The notes under the pieces were generated by a model. It worked only from the letters and a program-made list of their open reading frames with translations. It was not told the DNA's origin and made no database searches. A stretch of 63,949 bases of DNA, the filler included, from Octopus bimaculoides (lineage: Eukaryota): NCBI RefSeq assembly GCF_001194135.2. It is 8 parts of 7 records of this genome, joined end to end, with 100 filler letters (N's around TTAATTAATTAA, not from the genome) between each part and the next. Parts side by side here need not be neighbours in the genome. Positions count along the whole stretch, not along the records: positions 1 to 23,062 come from NC_068982.1; positions 23,163 to 49,948 come from NC_068985.1; 6 more parts are not named here. The stretch is one strand, 5' to 3'. Below are positions 11,960 through 25,600 of this stretch, one piece after another; the first letter of the stretch is position 1; each line of letters starts with the position of its first letter. A program made the position numbers and the translations under genes.

Positions 11960-12616
11960 TCTTCTCAATATTCATTAATGAAAAATTGCTATCAGTTCAT
12001 TCAAATAGTTTTTAGTGATTAAAAATAAATTTTACAAATTGCAAAACTTCTTATATTTTCATATTTTTAATTTTTCTGAAAATAATGGAGTGCAAATATT
12101 TTTTTCTTTTTGTTAGTTTAGTCTTTGTTATATTTCTGATTGCTTCTTATCAAGAATTCACCAATAAGAAAAGAAAATTATCTGAGAATAATTGAAATAT
12201 AATTACTTCCTAAAATTGTTTTTAGAAATTCAATGCCACACATTTGTATATGTTAATTTGCTTTCACACAATATTATTTCATGAAAACTGCTAATGTGAC
12301 ACCAACATTTTATAATCGCTGTTACTTTGATAAAAAATTTTTTTAAATAAATGCAAAAGCCATTCCAGAACTATATGATTTCCTACGATGAATGTGTTCA
12401 TCCAATACCAGCATTCTTATGAGCACTACAAAAACCATAACCACTATAGAATGCAAAATAGCAGGATTGCTAGATTGTGAATGACAGTAGAACAAGAAAT
12501 CAAAATGAGATATTTGACCTGCTCTGTGTAATGTCAAATAGTAGTGCAGAACAATTAGAAAATACTTGGAAGAAAAACAAAAAGAAAAAAAATAGTATTC
12601 TGATCATGTGACATAC

Positions 12617-12719
12617 TTGAATTTTGAGCAATTTACTTTTTCTTCAAGATCTTCAAGATCCTTTAAGAAGTTGCGAAAGAAAGAATTTTTTTTAAATCTT
12701 GATTGTAATGAGAGAACTT
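12617..12719 (-). CDS. candidate internal exon (VLSLQSRFKKNSFFRNFLKDLEDLEEKVNCSKF), product unknown
   Basis: CAA|GTATGT donor and a 33-codon open frame in AT-rich DNA. The TAG acceptor has a poor pyrimidine tract, with a repeat inserted just upstream. Confidence 0.25.
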
Positions 12720-13439
12720 CTATATTGATTTTCTTGTTGTTGTTGTTTAGCCACAAGTCAACTTAGATTGAGCAAACCTTTGATGAAAACATACCAACCA
12801 CGACCATCTAGTCACTTTTGAAAGCATGTCTCACTCTACATTATCTAATGGGTCCCTTGCTTTTTTAAAGACATTAGTGTAAATTTAAGAGAGATTTGGC
12901 ATTTTATTTCTAAGAAAGAGAGTCATCATTTAGATGCTGTCTCATTGCCACATTGTACAGTGGTCAATTATTTAAAAATAAGGCTATACTGATGGCTAAA
13001 TGTTAATACTTCGGCTTATTTTATCACAATTCAAATTATAAGACTAGGTAATTTTTTAATTAGTCTAATGCAACTGACAGTCAACAACACCATAAAAATT
13101 TATGTCACTCAATAAAGGACATTTTAAAATACATAATTTTTGTTTAAACAAAATGAAATGGGTGTGTTAAAGATCATGAAGAATAAAACTATACAGCACT
13201 AACACTTGGTTGGGTACCTAAAGTTTCTCGAAACTGAATCACATCTATTAATTAATTCCAATTTTTCTTACTGTATAATTAGGCAATTTACTCAACTTTC
13301 CAGATTTCCTTCATGGAATTCTCACATCACCACAAGTGGTTCCTTTTGTGGTTGCAACTATTACTAGGTGGATTATCTGTTCCTCATATTATTTGGTAGG
13401 ATTAGAAATTTGAATTTGAAATTAAGGTATTATAAATAA

Positions 13440-14100
13440 AAAGATACATAGAATTCACACATTCCAATAAATTTTCTAACATTTAAATCAGGAGATTATG
13501 ATGGCCATGACAGTTCTTGGATATTTTTGCCTTTGATGAATTCTTGAATTATTCTTGTGACATACACTGGGTCCTGGTCATGCTGAAAAATCCACAAGCA
13601 GCAAACTAATTTTGGCATGTAGAAATATACAGTCTTCTCTAAAATCTTCACATAGGTTGTAATGTTTATAATACTGTTGATCTTATATATGATTCTAACC
13701 CTTTTCCCAGATATGCAGCCCCAAAGCATGCTTAATTATTCATATACCCAGGGTAAAATTAATTTCCTGTACCACATTGGATGTATACCCTCCCATTAGA
13801 GCCAAACAAATTAAACTTCAACCCAGCCATTCTCAAGATTTTTGACCAGGTTGGTGACGTTCAATTCTTCAATGAAATGAATGCAGGCATATCAGTTTTT
13901 CAGAGAAATGTGCTTCCTTTCTTACATGCTACATATTTGACAAGTTCAAATGGCTTTATCAATTCTTGATTATTGGTGACACCAGTTAGCATCTACTACT
14001 TTTGCCAAATGTCATTCAAAATGTTAACAACAGTCATTTTAGTTGTCCTTCATTGACAAACAGTAAATCTATTGGTCCATCCTTTCAATGGATTTTTCTT
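13440..14100 (-). pseudogene. Tc1-type transposase relic
   Basis: ORF 13496-13729 gives MLWGCIS..WIFQHDQDP..QELSWPS*SPDLN (Tc1 VWGCF..FQQDNDPKH..WPSQSPDLN). Upstream are KFNLFGSNGRVY and WSKIL. Confidence 0.88.
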
Positions 14101-15147
14101 GGCTGCCCTAATCAATGACAAACAGAAAAGTCACTAGTCTAATGAAATTAGAGGTTATTCTGATAATGTCCAGAAATATGTCAAACAGAAGTAACTGAAA
14201 ATCTAATTTCAATAGCTAACAATTGGAAAATGTAAAAGAGGGGACAGAAAGTGCTATAATTTCAGTAAAGAAAGACAACATTGAAAACGAAAAGTACATG
14301 CGGAGCACACAGAATAAAACACAAAAAGATAAAAAAATGAACCATAAAAGAGCCATCGAGAGGAAAGAGTGTATAGGCATGTCAAGAGTAATGTTGGGAA
14401 ATTTCAAAAAGTATGGAATTTTTTAAAGAATACGGTGTCCTAACAGCTGACACAGGTAATTTATTTCATGCTTTGATAATTCTGAGAGACAAAAATGTTT
14501 CCAAAAGTTATGAATAACTTTGTTTTATTTTATTATCTAGTTTTTGGTGATAAAGATATTGAGTTCAAAATGGTGGTCTAAGTTGTTGTTGGAAAGATGG
14601 TAGATAATTTTGTGAGTCTCTACCAAGTCAGCAGCTAGATGTCAAAATATTAGTTGTCAATGCTTATAGCAGCAAAACTTTCAAGTTATGGTGAGAAAAT
14701 GGAGAGTATATTTGTATTATTGCATGTCTTTAGACTGCTTCTGTAGACCAATATTCTAGACAAGATGGACGTTCCTGACTGGAGAGGCAAATTGTAAATG
14801 TCTAACCTGTGACTGACTAACAAAGGTCTTATTATATGATAGCTTGCATCATAAGTTAAAGAAATTTAATCATCAGGATACACATCTTTAAACTAAATGA
14901 CACCACTTTTTTTCTATTTTCACCTTTTGACTTATTTCTTTTCTACTCTAGACACAAGGCCCGAAATTTCTAAGGAGGGGACTAGTTGATTAGATCAACC
15001 CCAGTACACAACTGGTACTTAATTTATCAATTCCAAAAGGATGAAAGGCAAAGTCAACCTCATCATCATCATCATCATGTATGTATATATGTATGTGTAT
15101 ATATGTATGTGTATATATATCTATATCTATCTATCTATTTATCTAGC

Positions 15148-15253
<106 letters not shown>

Positions 15254-15658
15254 TCATCATCATCATCATCATCATCGTTTAACATCCGCTTTCCATACTA
15301 GCATGGGTTGGACATATATATATATATATAAATATATATATATATGATGGACCCTCTCGTCGCTAGACGATTTATAAGGGTTTGATAATTTCTTACTGAA
15401 CATGGATGATTTGTTTATAGTGATCAAATGCTTCCCTCCACCAGGTCAACATTACCTGTACAGGTGTAACAGGTGCTACATGTCAGATGTTGAAATGATC
15501 ACAAAGCAACGTGAAATGAAGTGCTTTGCTCAAGAACACAATGCAATGCCTGGTCTGGAAATCAAATCCATTATCTCACAATCATGAGTGCAACATTTTA
15601 ACCACTTAACCATATATATATATTGACTAAACTTGCAATATGACCATCCCCAAATACA

Positions 15659-15697
<39 letters not shown>

Positions 15698-16682
15698 NNN
15701 NNNNNNNNNNNNNNNNNNNTGTATGATGGATTCTCTTGTCATGAATGACACTTGGAGGTTCAGTAAAATAAAGCGGTAATTATGTTCTATGGATATGCAT
15801 ATGTCTCTTGAGGTCTGCTGGTGCCTTGCAAACCATTTTACCTTGTTTTATCAACCCTGAAATGATCAAAAGCAATTTTGACCCCAGCAGCATTTGAATT
15901 CAGAATGTAAAACTGGATGAAATGTTTCTAAGCACACTACCTTAGGAAAGGCAGAAATATCACTACAATAAATGTAATAGAATGGGGCTCACTTCTTTGA
16001 GCATACAACACGGCTCACCTCTTTGAGCTGGGAAATGAATGGAATGCCTGGTGCGTGTCTTGTTGTGGCTACCCCCTCCTAAATAAATGGAGAATAGGCC
16101 TGGGTATATAAAAAAATAAAGAAATAAACGTTATCATAGATCTGCAACAGATTTACTCAATCAACCAGAAATAGCAGTCAAGTTTCTTTCAAATCACACC
16201 CTACCATCTTAGAAAAAGAGCATGCTGGATAACTTAGTATCAGATTCTTTGTAGGAAAAATATAGGGGGGGGGGTCATGGTTGGCATGCATTTGATCTTA
16301 TGTTTGCTCGAACAGTAAATAACTGGAGTTGAACAACAATAGTAACAACAACAATTAAAATCCCACTGCATTTCCCATTTATAACAAACTATCTGTATAT
16401 TTACTTAATTAGATTTTAAGAAAAAATTGGCTATTAATTAAATTTCAGGATGAAGAATCATTCCAGAATTACATGTTTTTAATTAATAAGGATCATATAC
16501 ATAAATATGTATGTATAATTATATGCATGCAAGTGTGTGTAAGTTTAATTAATAAAGGTAGATAGAGATAGATAGATAGATAGATAGATAGATAAGCACA
16601 CACATACATATATATATATCATATATAATATATATGTATATGTATGTATGTATGTATGTATATGTGTATGTGTATGTATATG

Positions 16683-16718
<36 letters not shown>

Positions 16719-16792
16719 CATGTATGTATGTGTATATATATGTATGTATCTATGTATTGTGTGTATGTATGTATTTATGTATGTGTGAATGT

Positions 16793-16827
<35 letters not shown>

Positions 16828-17142
16828 CATGCACGTGTATGAGTGTGTGTTTGAGAGTATGAGAGATTCTTCTAAAAATTGATTAATTTTCATTGAAAAT
16901 TTCAGAATATTTATTCAATAGCAACTTTGTTTGTTTTAATTTTCAACCATTAGCTCTTGTTTCGGATTTCTATAACCTATCTTGTCATTATGATATACAT
17001 TAAGATTCCCTAAAAGTTTGTGACCCTTAGTGTTTTTTGAACAATCATAATTTTAACTAAATTAAACAAGTGGAATAACAAAAGTTAACACTATGAAAAG
17101 CTGTAGTTAGTATACATAATATGATGTTTTTGATAGACACAG

Positions 17143-17308
17143 ACGTGGCTGTGTGGTAAGAAGCTTGCTTCTCAACCACATGGTTCTGGGTTCAGTCCCA
17201 CTGGATAGCACATCGAGCAAGTGTCTTCTACTATAGCCTGGGGCCAACCAAATCCACTCTTATGAGTGGATTTGGTAGACAGAAACTGAAAGAAGCCCGT
17301 CATATATG
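17143..17308 (+). mobile_element. SINE family A 5' half
   Basis: ACGTGGCTGTGTGGTAAGAAGCTTGC..GGTTCAGTCCCACTG..GCAAGTGTCTTCTACTATAGCC. Confidence 0.9.
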
Positions 17309-17459
17309 AGAAAAATTATATTAATGTGTCCAACTGGTAAAAATTCTATTTATTTGTGCAGCTGAAGATAGCCCTGCTTTTAAATTGATGTAATGATTGC
17401 ATTGTTCAATTAACTGGAGCCACTTGAAATTCTCATACTGCATTACGTCTTGATATCAT

Positions 17460-17790
17460 TATCATTATCGTTTAACGTCTGCTTTCCATGCTAGCATGGG
17501 TCGGACGATTTCACTGAGGACTGGTGAACCAGATGGCTACACCAGGCTCCAATCTGATTTGGCAGAGTTTCTACAGCTGGATACCCTTCCTAACGCCAAC
17601 CACTCCGAAAGTGTAGTGGGTGCTTTTACGTGCCACCGGCACGAAGGTCAGTCAGGCGGTATCGGCAATGGTCATGCTCAAAATGGTGTATTTTATGTGC
17701 CACCTGCACAGGAGCCAGGAAACGACGCTGGGCACAGGTGCCATCACGGTTTCGCTTTCGCTTGCCCCAACAGGTCTTCATTGCTTATTT
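17460..17790 (-). mobile_element. SINE family D body, relatively young copy
   Basis: CGTTTAACGTCTGCTTTCCATGCTAGCATGGGTCGGACG..CCTTCCTAACGCCAACCAC; retains CpGs. Confidence 0.8.
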
Positions 17791-18323
17791 TGATTTTATA
17801 TATATATATATATATTTGTATGTACTTGACATCCAATGCTAGTGTGCTTTTGTCCCGTAACTTAATGTTTCAGCAAAATAGACCAATAGAATAAGTATTA
17901 GGTTGACAAGGAGGAGGAGGATACTGCCTTATGATTTTGTACTTCAATATTTGATACCCATTTGAAAAATGTTTTTTTTATTTGCTGAGAAAGACTTTAT
18001 TGTATTGGAATATTTAGTTTATATGTAAAAATATTGTAACAAGTAAAACCTTTTCAATATAACTATTGAGTAAACATATGTAAATTTAGACAAAGTTTTA
18101 AATTTTCTGAAATCCATAGAGTTCAGAACCTTTGTAAATCCATGACTATCTTCCTCCTGCTTGGTTCATTTGACGATGGGGAATTTAAATAGTATGAAAT
18201 TATAACTGATATTTTTCTCTTTTCGCTTAATTCATTTCGTTCATTCATCATACATGTCTTTCTAGCTAGAGCAATCCCTCTCTTAATTCCCATAAGTACC
18301 ATCAAATTGGTGCTGGTCTTTAC

Positions 18324-18394
18324 CTTGGAGATTTGCTTTACTCATTATCATGGGCTTGTGGCTTGTTAAAGGTGCTTTTTTGTCTTTTAGGCAC
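18324..18394 (-). CDS. candidate internal exon (CLKDKKAPLTSHKPMIMSKANLQ), product unknown
   Basis: TTCTGCCTAG acceptor and CAAG|GTAAAG donor. Only one frame is open (phase 2 in, phase 1 out). Confidence 0.27.
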
Positions 18395-18649
18395 CTAGGC
18401 AGAATTTGATCTTAAAACAAATTCTGCAAGGCCTATGGCCCAGCATTTTTATAGTTCCACCAATCTGATTCCCTGGATTGCTGCTAACTTTAATCAAGCC
18501 AAAAAGATGAAAAGCAAAATTGATCATGATAGTATTTGATCTCAGAACACAGAGCGTTAGAAAAAGCACTATGAGGTATGCAGTCAGACATTGTAATGGT
18601 TCTGTCAGTTTGTCATCTGCTGATAAATTACTATTCCTTGATCTTTGAA

Positions 18650-18985
18650 GGAACATGGCTTAGTGGTTAGAGCATTGAACTCACAATTATGAGGAAATGA
18701 GTTTGATTCCTGGACCAGGCTGTGTGTTGTGTTCTTGAGCAAGACTCTTTATTTTTTAGTTGTTCCAGTTCACTCAGCTGTAGAAATGAGTTGTGATGTC
18801 ACTGGTGCCAAGCTGTATCGGCCTTTGCTTTTCCCTTGGATAACATCAGTGGCATGTAAAGGAGAGGCTGGTGTGCATGGGTGACTACTGGTCTTCCATA
18901 AAACAACCTTACCCGGACATGTGCCTCGGAGGGTAACTTTGTAGATGCAACCCCATGGTCATTCATGACCGAAGGAGGTCTTTTC
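18650..18985 (+). mobile_element. tRNA-headed CORE-type SINE (family C variant)
   Basis: GGCTTAGTGGTTAGAGC A-box, GAGTTTGATTCC B-box, TTCTTGAGCAAGACTCTT..CCAGTTCACTCAGCTG core. Confidence 0.8.
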
Positions 18986-19362
18986 CCTGATCTATACCAG
19001 CGATTCTTAACCACTTTTTATCAATAGAACCCTTTCACTAGTATTTTACTCTGGTATACCCCCATAGCCATTCAATGTTTTATAGATACTTCTTTCAAAA
19101 TTCTTATTTTGTCTCTCACACATTAACTTGTGTAGGATGAACTACGTCAAATGTTAGAGAAAGAAATCTAGCTGTTTCTTTCCATAAATACATCTAAAGT
19201 AAAAATTTTCAATGACCCTTAAAATAATATTGAGGAACCAATTTGCTATTTTCTTTATGTGGACCTCTCAAAAATTTTATATGGGCTACCAGGGATCATA
19301 CGAACTTCAGATGAGAACCACTGAATTGGATGATTGTCTTCCAGAATATTCAATCCTGCATT

Positions 19363-19940
19363 TAACCATTTTGATACCAACCCACCCATGACCATTTTAG
19401 TTCTATGATTCAAACTTCTGTTTCAAATTGATTGAAATTAAAACCTTCCATGAATATTTCACACGAAATTATGTTCCAAACAACTTCCACCTGTTTACTC
19501 CTCCTTCACATTCTTATGGGAGAATCCACGCTCTCATCACCTCCCATGATCTACTGTCTGCAACTTCTCTTATGCTTACCTTGTTCCTTGAGTGTTTACT
19601 CTTGTACCCCATCACTACCTTCCTCTTATCTCTTTCAGTCATGTATCTTCTCTATTGCAAGACACCCATGCTTGTCCCTCTGTAATACTTCAGCCTTTCA
19701 ACACCTGGTATAATACTAGCCACCTCTAAAATACTTCCTCTTAGTGGTGGGAGATTTTCCCTTTCCTTTTTCCCTGTTTAGATGATGACGATGATGATTC
19801 AAGCTTTAATTACTGCCTGAACAATTAGGTATAGTGACAATTCTGTAAGTGATTACTCTTCATAAGTTCTACAAATTCTATTCTGAAAATTCCAGGCTTT
19901 TGTATTTTCAAATATTACCATTGCAATGAAATAAGGGTAA
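19363..19940. mobile_element. piggyBac-like MITE interrupted by a ~300 bp insertion
   Basis: TTAACCATTTTGATACC..GTTCTATGATTCAAAC matches 11345-11400. The right end is AATGAAATAAGGGTAA. An unrelated C/T-rich block occupies about 19482-19790. Confidence 0.5.
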
Positions 19941-21088
19941 AAAAAACTTGTTCATACAACTTTATGGTTAATTTCTTCTTGGATTCAAATATAATTAAAC
20001 CACAATCAATGAGGTGAAAGAGGAAGAATGTGTAAATTATGTTTGATCCCTCAATAAATCAAACTTAAAGTTTGATTTATTGAGAAAATGCATAAAATTA
20101 ATTTCAAAATGTCTGCTTATTGAAAGATGATTCCTAAATATAGATATAAATCATGGCACTAAAATGGAGTTCATATAAAAGGTGGAAATATTTCTATTAA
20201 AATGACTTATTAATATCCTTATTAAATGCTATTTTATTAAGTATATAATTAAAAAATAATATTTATTTTGAAATATGTCTCTATAGATAAACAATCAATA
20301 ACCCTACCACCATCACTACTACCACCAATTTGATTCTTAATTGTTCTACTGGACAATTGCATAATGGCTAAGAGCAATAAAACTGTTTTAGAAATACTGG
20401 TTCTGAACTAGAACATTGAGTAAGAATAGAATACCATAGGATGACGAGAGGATTGTCTGATAACTCAGTAAAAAACATTTACCTCATAAATGCTGATATC
20501 TTTGAAAAACCAGCAAGGTTTTTAAACTTTCAATGACCTTCTATCAGTTACCCCTCCTCTTTAAAACCCACATAATGTGTATAGGACAAACATTAGTGGC
20601 TCCTGCCAGACTTTCTGTTCTTTAATCAATGAGATTTTTCCGTGTTTCCTTTTAGGATGATAATCTAGCAATAAAAATACTTTCCTTTTCATAAAAGAGA
20701 ACTGTTAAAAACCTTCAGCTGTCTACTATTTTTTCTTTTTTTTTTTACATCTACATCAGACAAGACAAAAACGAAAAATCTGTGAAAGAGGAACAGATAA
20801 AGCAATAAATACAAACACTCATAAAATATTAAAATAAGTTGAAGCAAGAAAAATATTAAGATCATTCGAAACATTATATTATATTACATTATATATGTTA
20901 TATATATTATATTATATTGATTACAAACACCACAATTCTTTTTTATATATATATATATATATTTAGACAGAGAAAGTTGATGGACTGGCAGAATTGATAG
21001 AGCATCAGACAAAAATATATCTTACTGCATTTGTTACATTCTGAGTTCAATCTTGCCAGGGTAGATCAACTTTGCTTGCCACCCTTAC

Positions 21089-21361
21089 TCTTTTACTTGT
21101 TTCAGTCATTTGACTGTGGCCATGCTGGAGCACCGCCTTTAGTCAAGCAAATCGACCCCATGACTTATTCTTTGTAAGCCTAGTACTTATTCTATCGGTC
21201 TCTTTTGCCAAACCGTTAAGTTACGGGGATGTAAACACACCAGCATCGGTTGTCAAGCGATGTTGGGGAGACAAACACAGACACACAAACATATACATAC
21301 ACATATATATATATATATATATATACGACGGGCTTCTTTCAGTTTCCGTCTACCAAATCCA
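21089..21361 (-). mobile_element. SINE family A 3' half, young copy
   Basis: TTTTACTTGTTTCAGTCATTTGACTGTGGCCATGCTGGAGCACCGCC..GACGGGCTTCTTTCAGTTTCCGTCTACC. Confidence 0.9.
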
Positions 21362-21789
21362 CTACTTACCACACAGCCACTCCTGAGCCTATTAAATTAA
21401 AGCACGTGTCAAGTACTGGATTTGATGTTATTGACTAAANNNNNNNNNNNNNNNNNNNNNNNNNNNNNNNNNNNNNNNNNNNNNNNNNNNNNNNNNNNNN
21501 NNNNNNNNNNNNNNNNNNNNNNNNNNNNNNNNNNNNNNNNNNNNNNNNNNNNNNNNNNNNNNNNNNNNNNNNNNNNNNNNNNNNNNNNNNNNNNNNNNNN
21601 NNNNNNNNNNNNNNNNNNNNNNNNNNNNNNNNNNNNNNNNNNNNNNNNNNNNNNNNNNNNNNNNNNNNNNNNNNNNNNNNNNNNNNNNNNNNNNNNNNNN
21701 NNNNNNNNNNNNNNNNNNNNNNTATATATATATATATATATATATATATTTCTTTATTGCCTACAAGGGGCTAAACATAGAGGGGACAA

Positions 21790-21970
21790 ACAAAAGAATT
21801 AACTCGATTACATCGACCCCAGTACATAACTGGTACTTATTTAATCGACCTTGAAAGGATGAAAGGCAAAGTCGACCTCAGCGGAGTTTGAACTCAGAAC
21901 ATGAAAGCAGACGAAATACCGCTAAGCATTTCGCCCAGTGTGCTAATGATTCTGCCAGCTCGCTGCCCTA
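21790..21970 (-). mobile_element. SINE family B, near full length
   Basis: CGATTACATCGACCCCAG..AGGATGAAAGGCAAAGTCGACCTC..TTTGAACTCAGAAC..CTGCCAGCTCGC. Confidence 0.88.
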
Positions 21971-22153
21971 ATATGCATATATAAAGGTACGTAACTGAGT
22001 ATTAGTATTTTGGTTGATAACTAATGAAGAATTAGGGTCCTTCTGTGTCTGTTGTACGTGTACATTTTGTAATATTTAATGCATTTTTCATTTACATATA
22101 CATACATGTGTGTGTGTGTATGTGTGTATGTATGTATATATTCATACATACAT

Positions 22154-22187
<34 letters not shown>

Positions 22188-22241
22188 ATATTCANNNNNN
22201 NNNNTGTATGTGTGTATGTATGTATATATTCATACATACAT

Positions 22242-22275
<34 letters not shown>

Positions 22276-22852
22276 ATATTCATACATACATATGTGTGTG
22301 TGTGTATGTGTGTGTAGTTTGTTGTCAAGCAAATTGTTTGGAGACTGTCCTTTCAAAATCATGTAGAATAAGAGATCTCATACTTGCAGGTTAGCATTGT
22401 TCTTTCAAAACAATGCTTTACTAATATATATCTACCTAACCCATGCTATCATGGAAAAGCAGACATAAAGAGACACACACATACACACACACATAAATAA
22501 ACATATATTTACATATAACTACGCATGCACACACACACAGAGACACATTTATATATAGACAATGGGTGAGAAGACAATAGCATAAGTGTGTAATAGATAA
22601 ACACCGGATTAGTCCACAGACTACCTAGATTCTTAAAATCCAACATCCTAATCTTAGTAAGAATAATCTCAAAGAATTATAAGAAATGTATAGCTTTAGT
22701 GTGAAATAAAGAGACAAAAAAAAATTAGCAAACATTTTTATATGGCATTTTATCATTGATAAACGATGCTACATAAATATCTATGTTTATGTAAGATCTT
22801 TTATAAATGAAACAATGCCATATATAATACTTTTCTATTCTTTGTCTATATA

Positions 22853-23015
22853 GGCGCAGGAGTGGTTGTATGGTAAGTAGCTTGCTTACCAACCACATGG
22901 TTCTGGGTTCATTGCCACTGCGTGGCACCTTGGGCAAGTGTCTTCTACTATAGCCTTGGGGCGACCAAAGCCTTGTGAGTGTATTTGGTACACAGAAACT
23001 GAAAGAAGCCTGTTG

Positions 23016-23062
<47 letters not shown>
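22853..23062 (+). mobile_element. SINE family A 5' half
   Basis: GGCGCAGGAGTGGTTGTATGGTAAGTAGCTTGC..GGCACCTTGGGCAAGTGTC. Confidence 0.9.
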
Positions 23063-23162
23063 NNNNNNNNNNNNNNNNNNNNNNNNNNNNNNNNNNNNNN
23101 NNNNNNTTAATTAATTAANNNNNNNNNNNNNNNNNNNNNNNNNNNNNNNNNNNNNNNNNNNN
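23063..23162. other. artificial scaffold spacer
   Basis: 44 N + TTAATTAATTAA (23107-23118, stops in all six frames) + 44 N. Confidence 0.95.
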
Positions 23163-23230
<68 letters not shown>

Positions 23231-23864
23231 AAAAGGGGTGGATGTCTATCGGTTGTAACGTTGAGTATTCAGTTGTTTAGTTGTTCAACTGAATTAACTG
23301 CTCATTGATTTAGCGTGTAAAGTGACTGTATATTCCATAGACTGTGTCGTGTTCTTTTAATGAGATTTTCAGATAATATGTAACAAAACTGCTCTTTAAA
23401 CTACGCAGACAGTCCATCCGACGGGCTTCCACGTTGTTTGCATCTACCCACATTTCACTCGATGAGGTTGTAGTAAAAAAAATGCTTAACTAAGATGTCA
23501 CGCAATGGGATCCAACAGGAGGTTTTGCGTTTGCAATACAAACTTCTTAAACGCTTGTCTGTAGATACTAACGAAATAAACCTCAAGTTTTAGTAAATTA
23601 ACTAGAAAGACCGTTGTCTACAGGCTTTGAATAGATGGAGCCCGATTTCAAGATATTTCTGTTGGTCCCTTTTTTTTATGAATATCTAGAAATATCTCTT
23701 CTCTAGCACGTATTTATGTGTAGTTGGCTTTCTCAGAATCTCAGTATTAAATACTTATCGTCACATATCCATCTATCCGTTAATCCATCTGTTCATCCAT
23801 CCATCTCTCTGTCTTTCCTTCTATCTATGTATCTGTCTGCCTGCCTGCTTGTCTGTCAGGGTTT

Positions 23865-23919
<55 letters not shown>

Positions 23920-25072
23920 CACCCAGTGTGTTCTTCCTGTAGGAATGATAATATTGCTGCTACTGTTGTTGTTGCCGTTGTTGTCGTCGTCGTCGTTTTC
24001 GTTGTTGCTGTTGTTGTTGTTGTTGTTGTTGTTGTAGCTGTTGTTTAATTCCATGACATTTTCTTTTAGACCGGCATAGGGACGAAAGTGTTCTAGTCTT
24101 GACAAGCTTATTAACTTCATTTTTCACATTGCGCCTAAGGCTATACCATGTAAAGCGTTCTTCCTTTTTTAAGATTTGAAAGACACTGGCTACTGTTTCT
24201 AGTAGAATGCTTTCCCGAGTTGTTCCTGTTCACGAGCTAGGCAACAAGCAACGAGTAGTGGACGTTTATTTAATGAAGCATGAACTGTAGGAATTGTCCA
24301 TATTAGTAGAGGATTGATAAATATATGATGACGGTCACCACGTTTTCTACTATAGATGCAAATGACCAAAAGAATAGAACGAACGGAATGCATATGTAGC
24401 TCTCCTTAACAGATATATATACACTGGATGATGGCTGCAATTTGAAACCAGGAAAATGTCATTCAAGTAAATCTTTGGTCGAGCCAAGAATATGATAAAA
24501 AACAACCTTGCCCAAGGTGCCATGCGATGAGATCAAAAACAATGAACCGGAAACAATGTATTTCCGAACAGAACTTCTTAATCACACAAGCATAATTTGT
24601 AGATCTTGGCTAGAAACAATAGATTTTGTTCTCAGTTTGACCTATGAAAACTATTGTTGCGAGATGTTTACTACATAGATATACCACAGACTGATATGTT
24701 TATATTGACTTAGTATCTGATAGCTTGTAGATGTTTAGTAAATATACTAACTACTCCCAGTAGACTCTGGCTAAATAAGTAAATACTAGGTCGATAGATC
24801 GATCATAATATGTCTTATGAAGGGTAAAACTTGCACATCACCCCACCCGCTTTTGTCTCTCTCTCTCTCTCTCTCTCTCGCCCCCTCTTTCACTATTGAC
24901 CAATTTCCTTCAATGCAAACTTCACATTTTAAAAAACACACACAATCACACACTCTTCACTCTTCATACTCGCACTCATATACACATCATCTCCACGCAT
25001 CACACGCACACATAAACAATGTGTGTGTATTTGTGTATTTGTGTGCATAGGTGTATGTCTACATTATATATA

Positions 25073-25105
<33 letters not shown>

Positions 25106-25115
25106 NNNNNNNNNN

Positions 25116-25190
<75 letters not shown>

Positions 25191-25267
25191 TCTGAATATA
25201 TATATATATATATATATATATACGAGTATACATGTGTGTATGCGTATATATATATATATATATATTC

Positions 25268-25600
25268 TTTTATTCTTTTATTCTTTTACTTGTTTCGACT
25301 CCAGGACTTATTCTTTGTAAGACTAGTACTTAATCTATCGGTCCCTTTTGCCGAACCGCTTAGTTACGGGAACATAAACACACCAGCATCAATGCCAAGT
25401 GATGGTGGGAACCACACACTGACACACAAGTATATATATATATACGACGTGCTTCTTTCCGCTTCCGTCTACCAAATCCACTCACAAAACGTTGGTTGGC
25501 CCGAGGCTATAGTAGAAGACATTTGACCAAGGTGCCACGCAGTGGGACTGTACCCGGAACCATGTGGTTGGAAAGCAAGATTCTTACCACGCACCCATTC
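25268..25600 (-). mobile_element. SINE family A, near full length
   Basis: Same head, core and tail as the other family A copies. Confidence 0.88.

Noticed and set aside
12343-12537. 64-aa ORF with a transmembrane-like stretch
   Set aside because: Hydrophobic runs are expected from the reverse complement of A-rich DNA. It could follow the 12617 exon through a 93-nt intron, but nothing independent supports this.
17143-17230. tRNA genes
   Set aside because: A/B-box sequences here and elsewhere are SINE heads that continue into SINE bodies. I found no full cloverleaf with terminator.
18387-18656. 89-aa minus ORF with a hydrophobic segment
   Set aside because: It starts inside a SINE head, has no recognisable motif and shows the same compositional bias.
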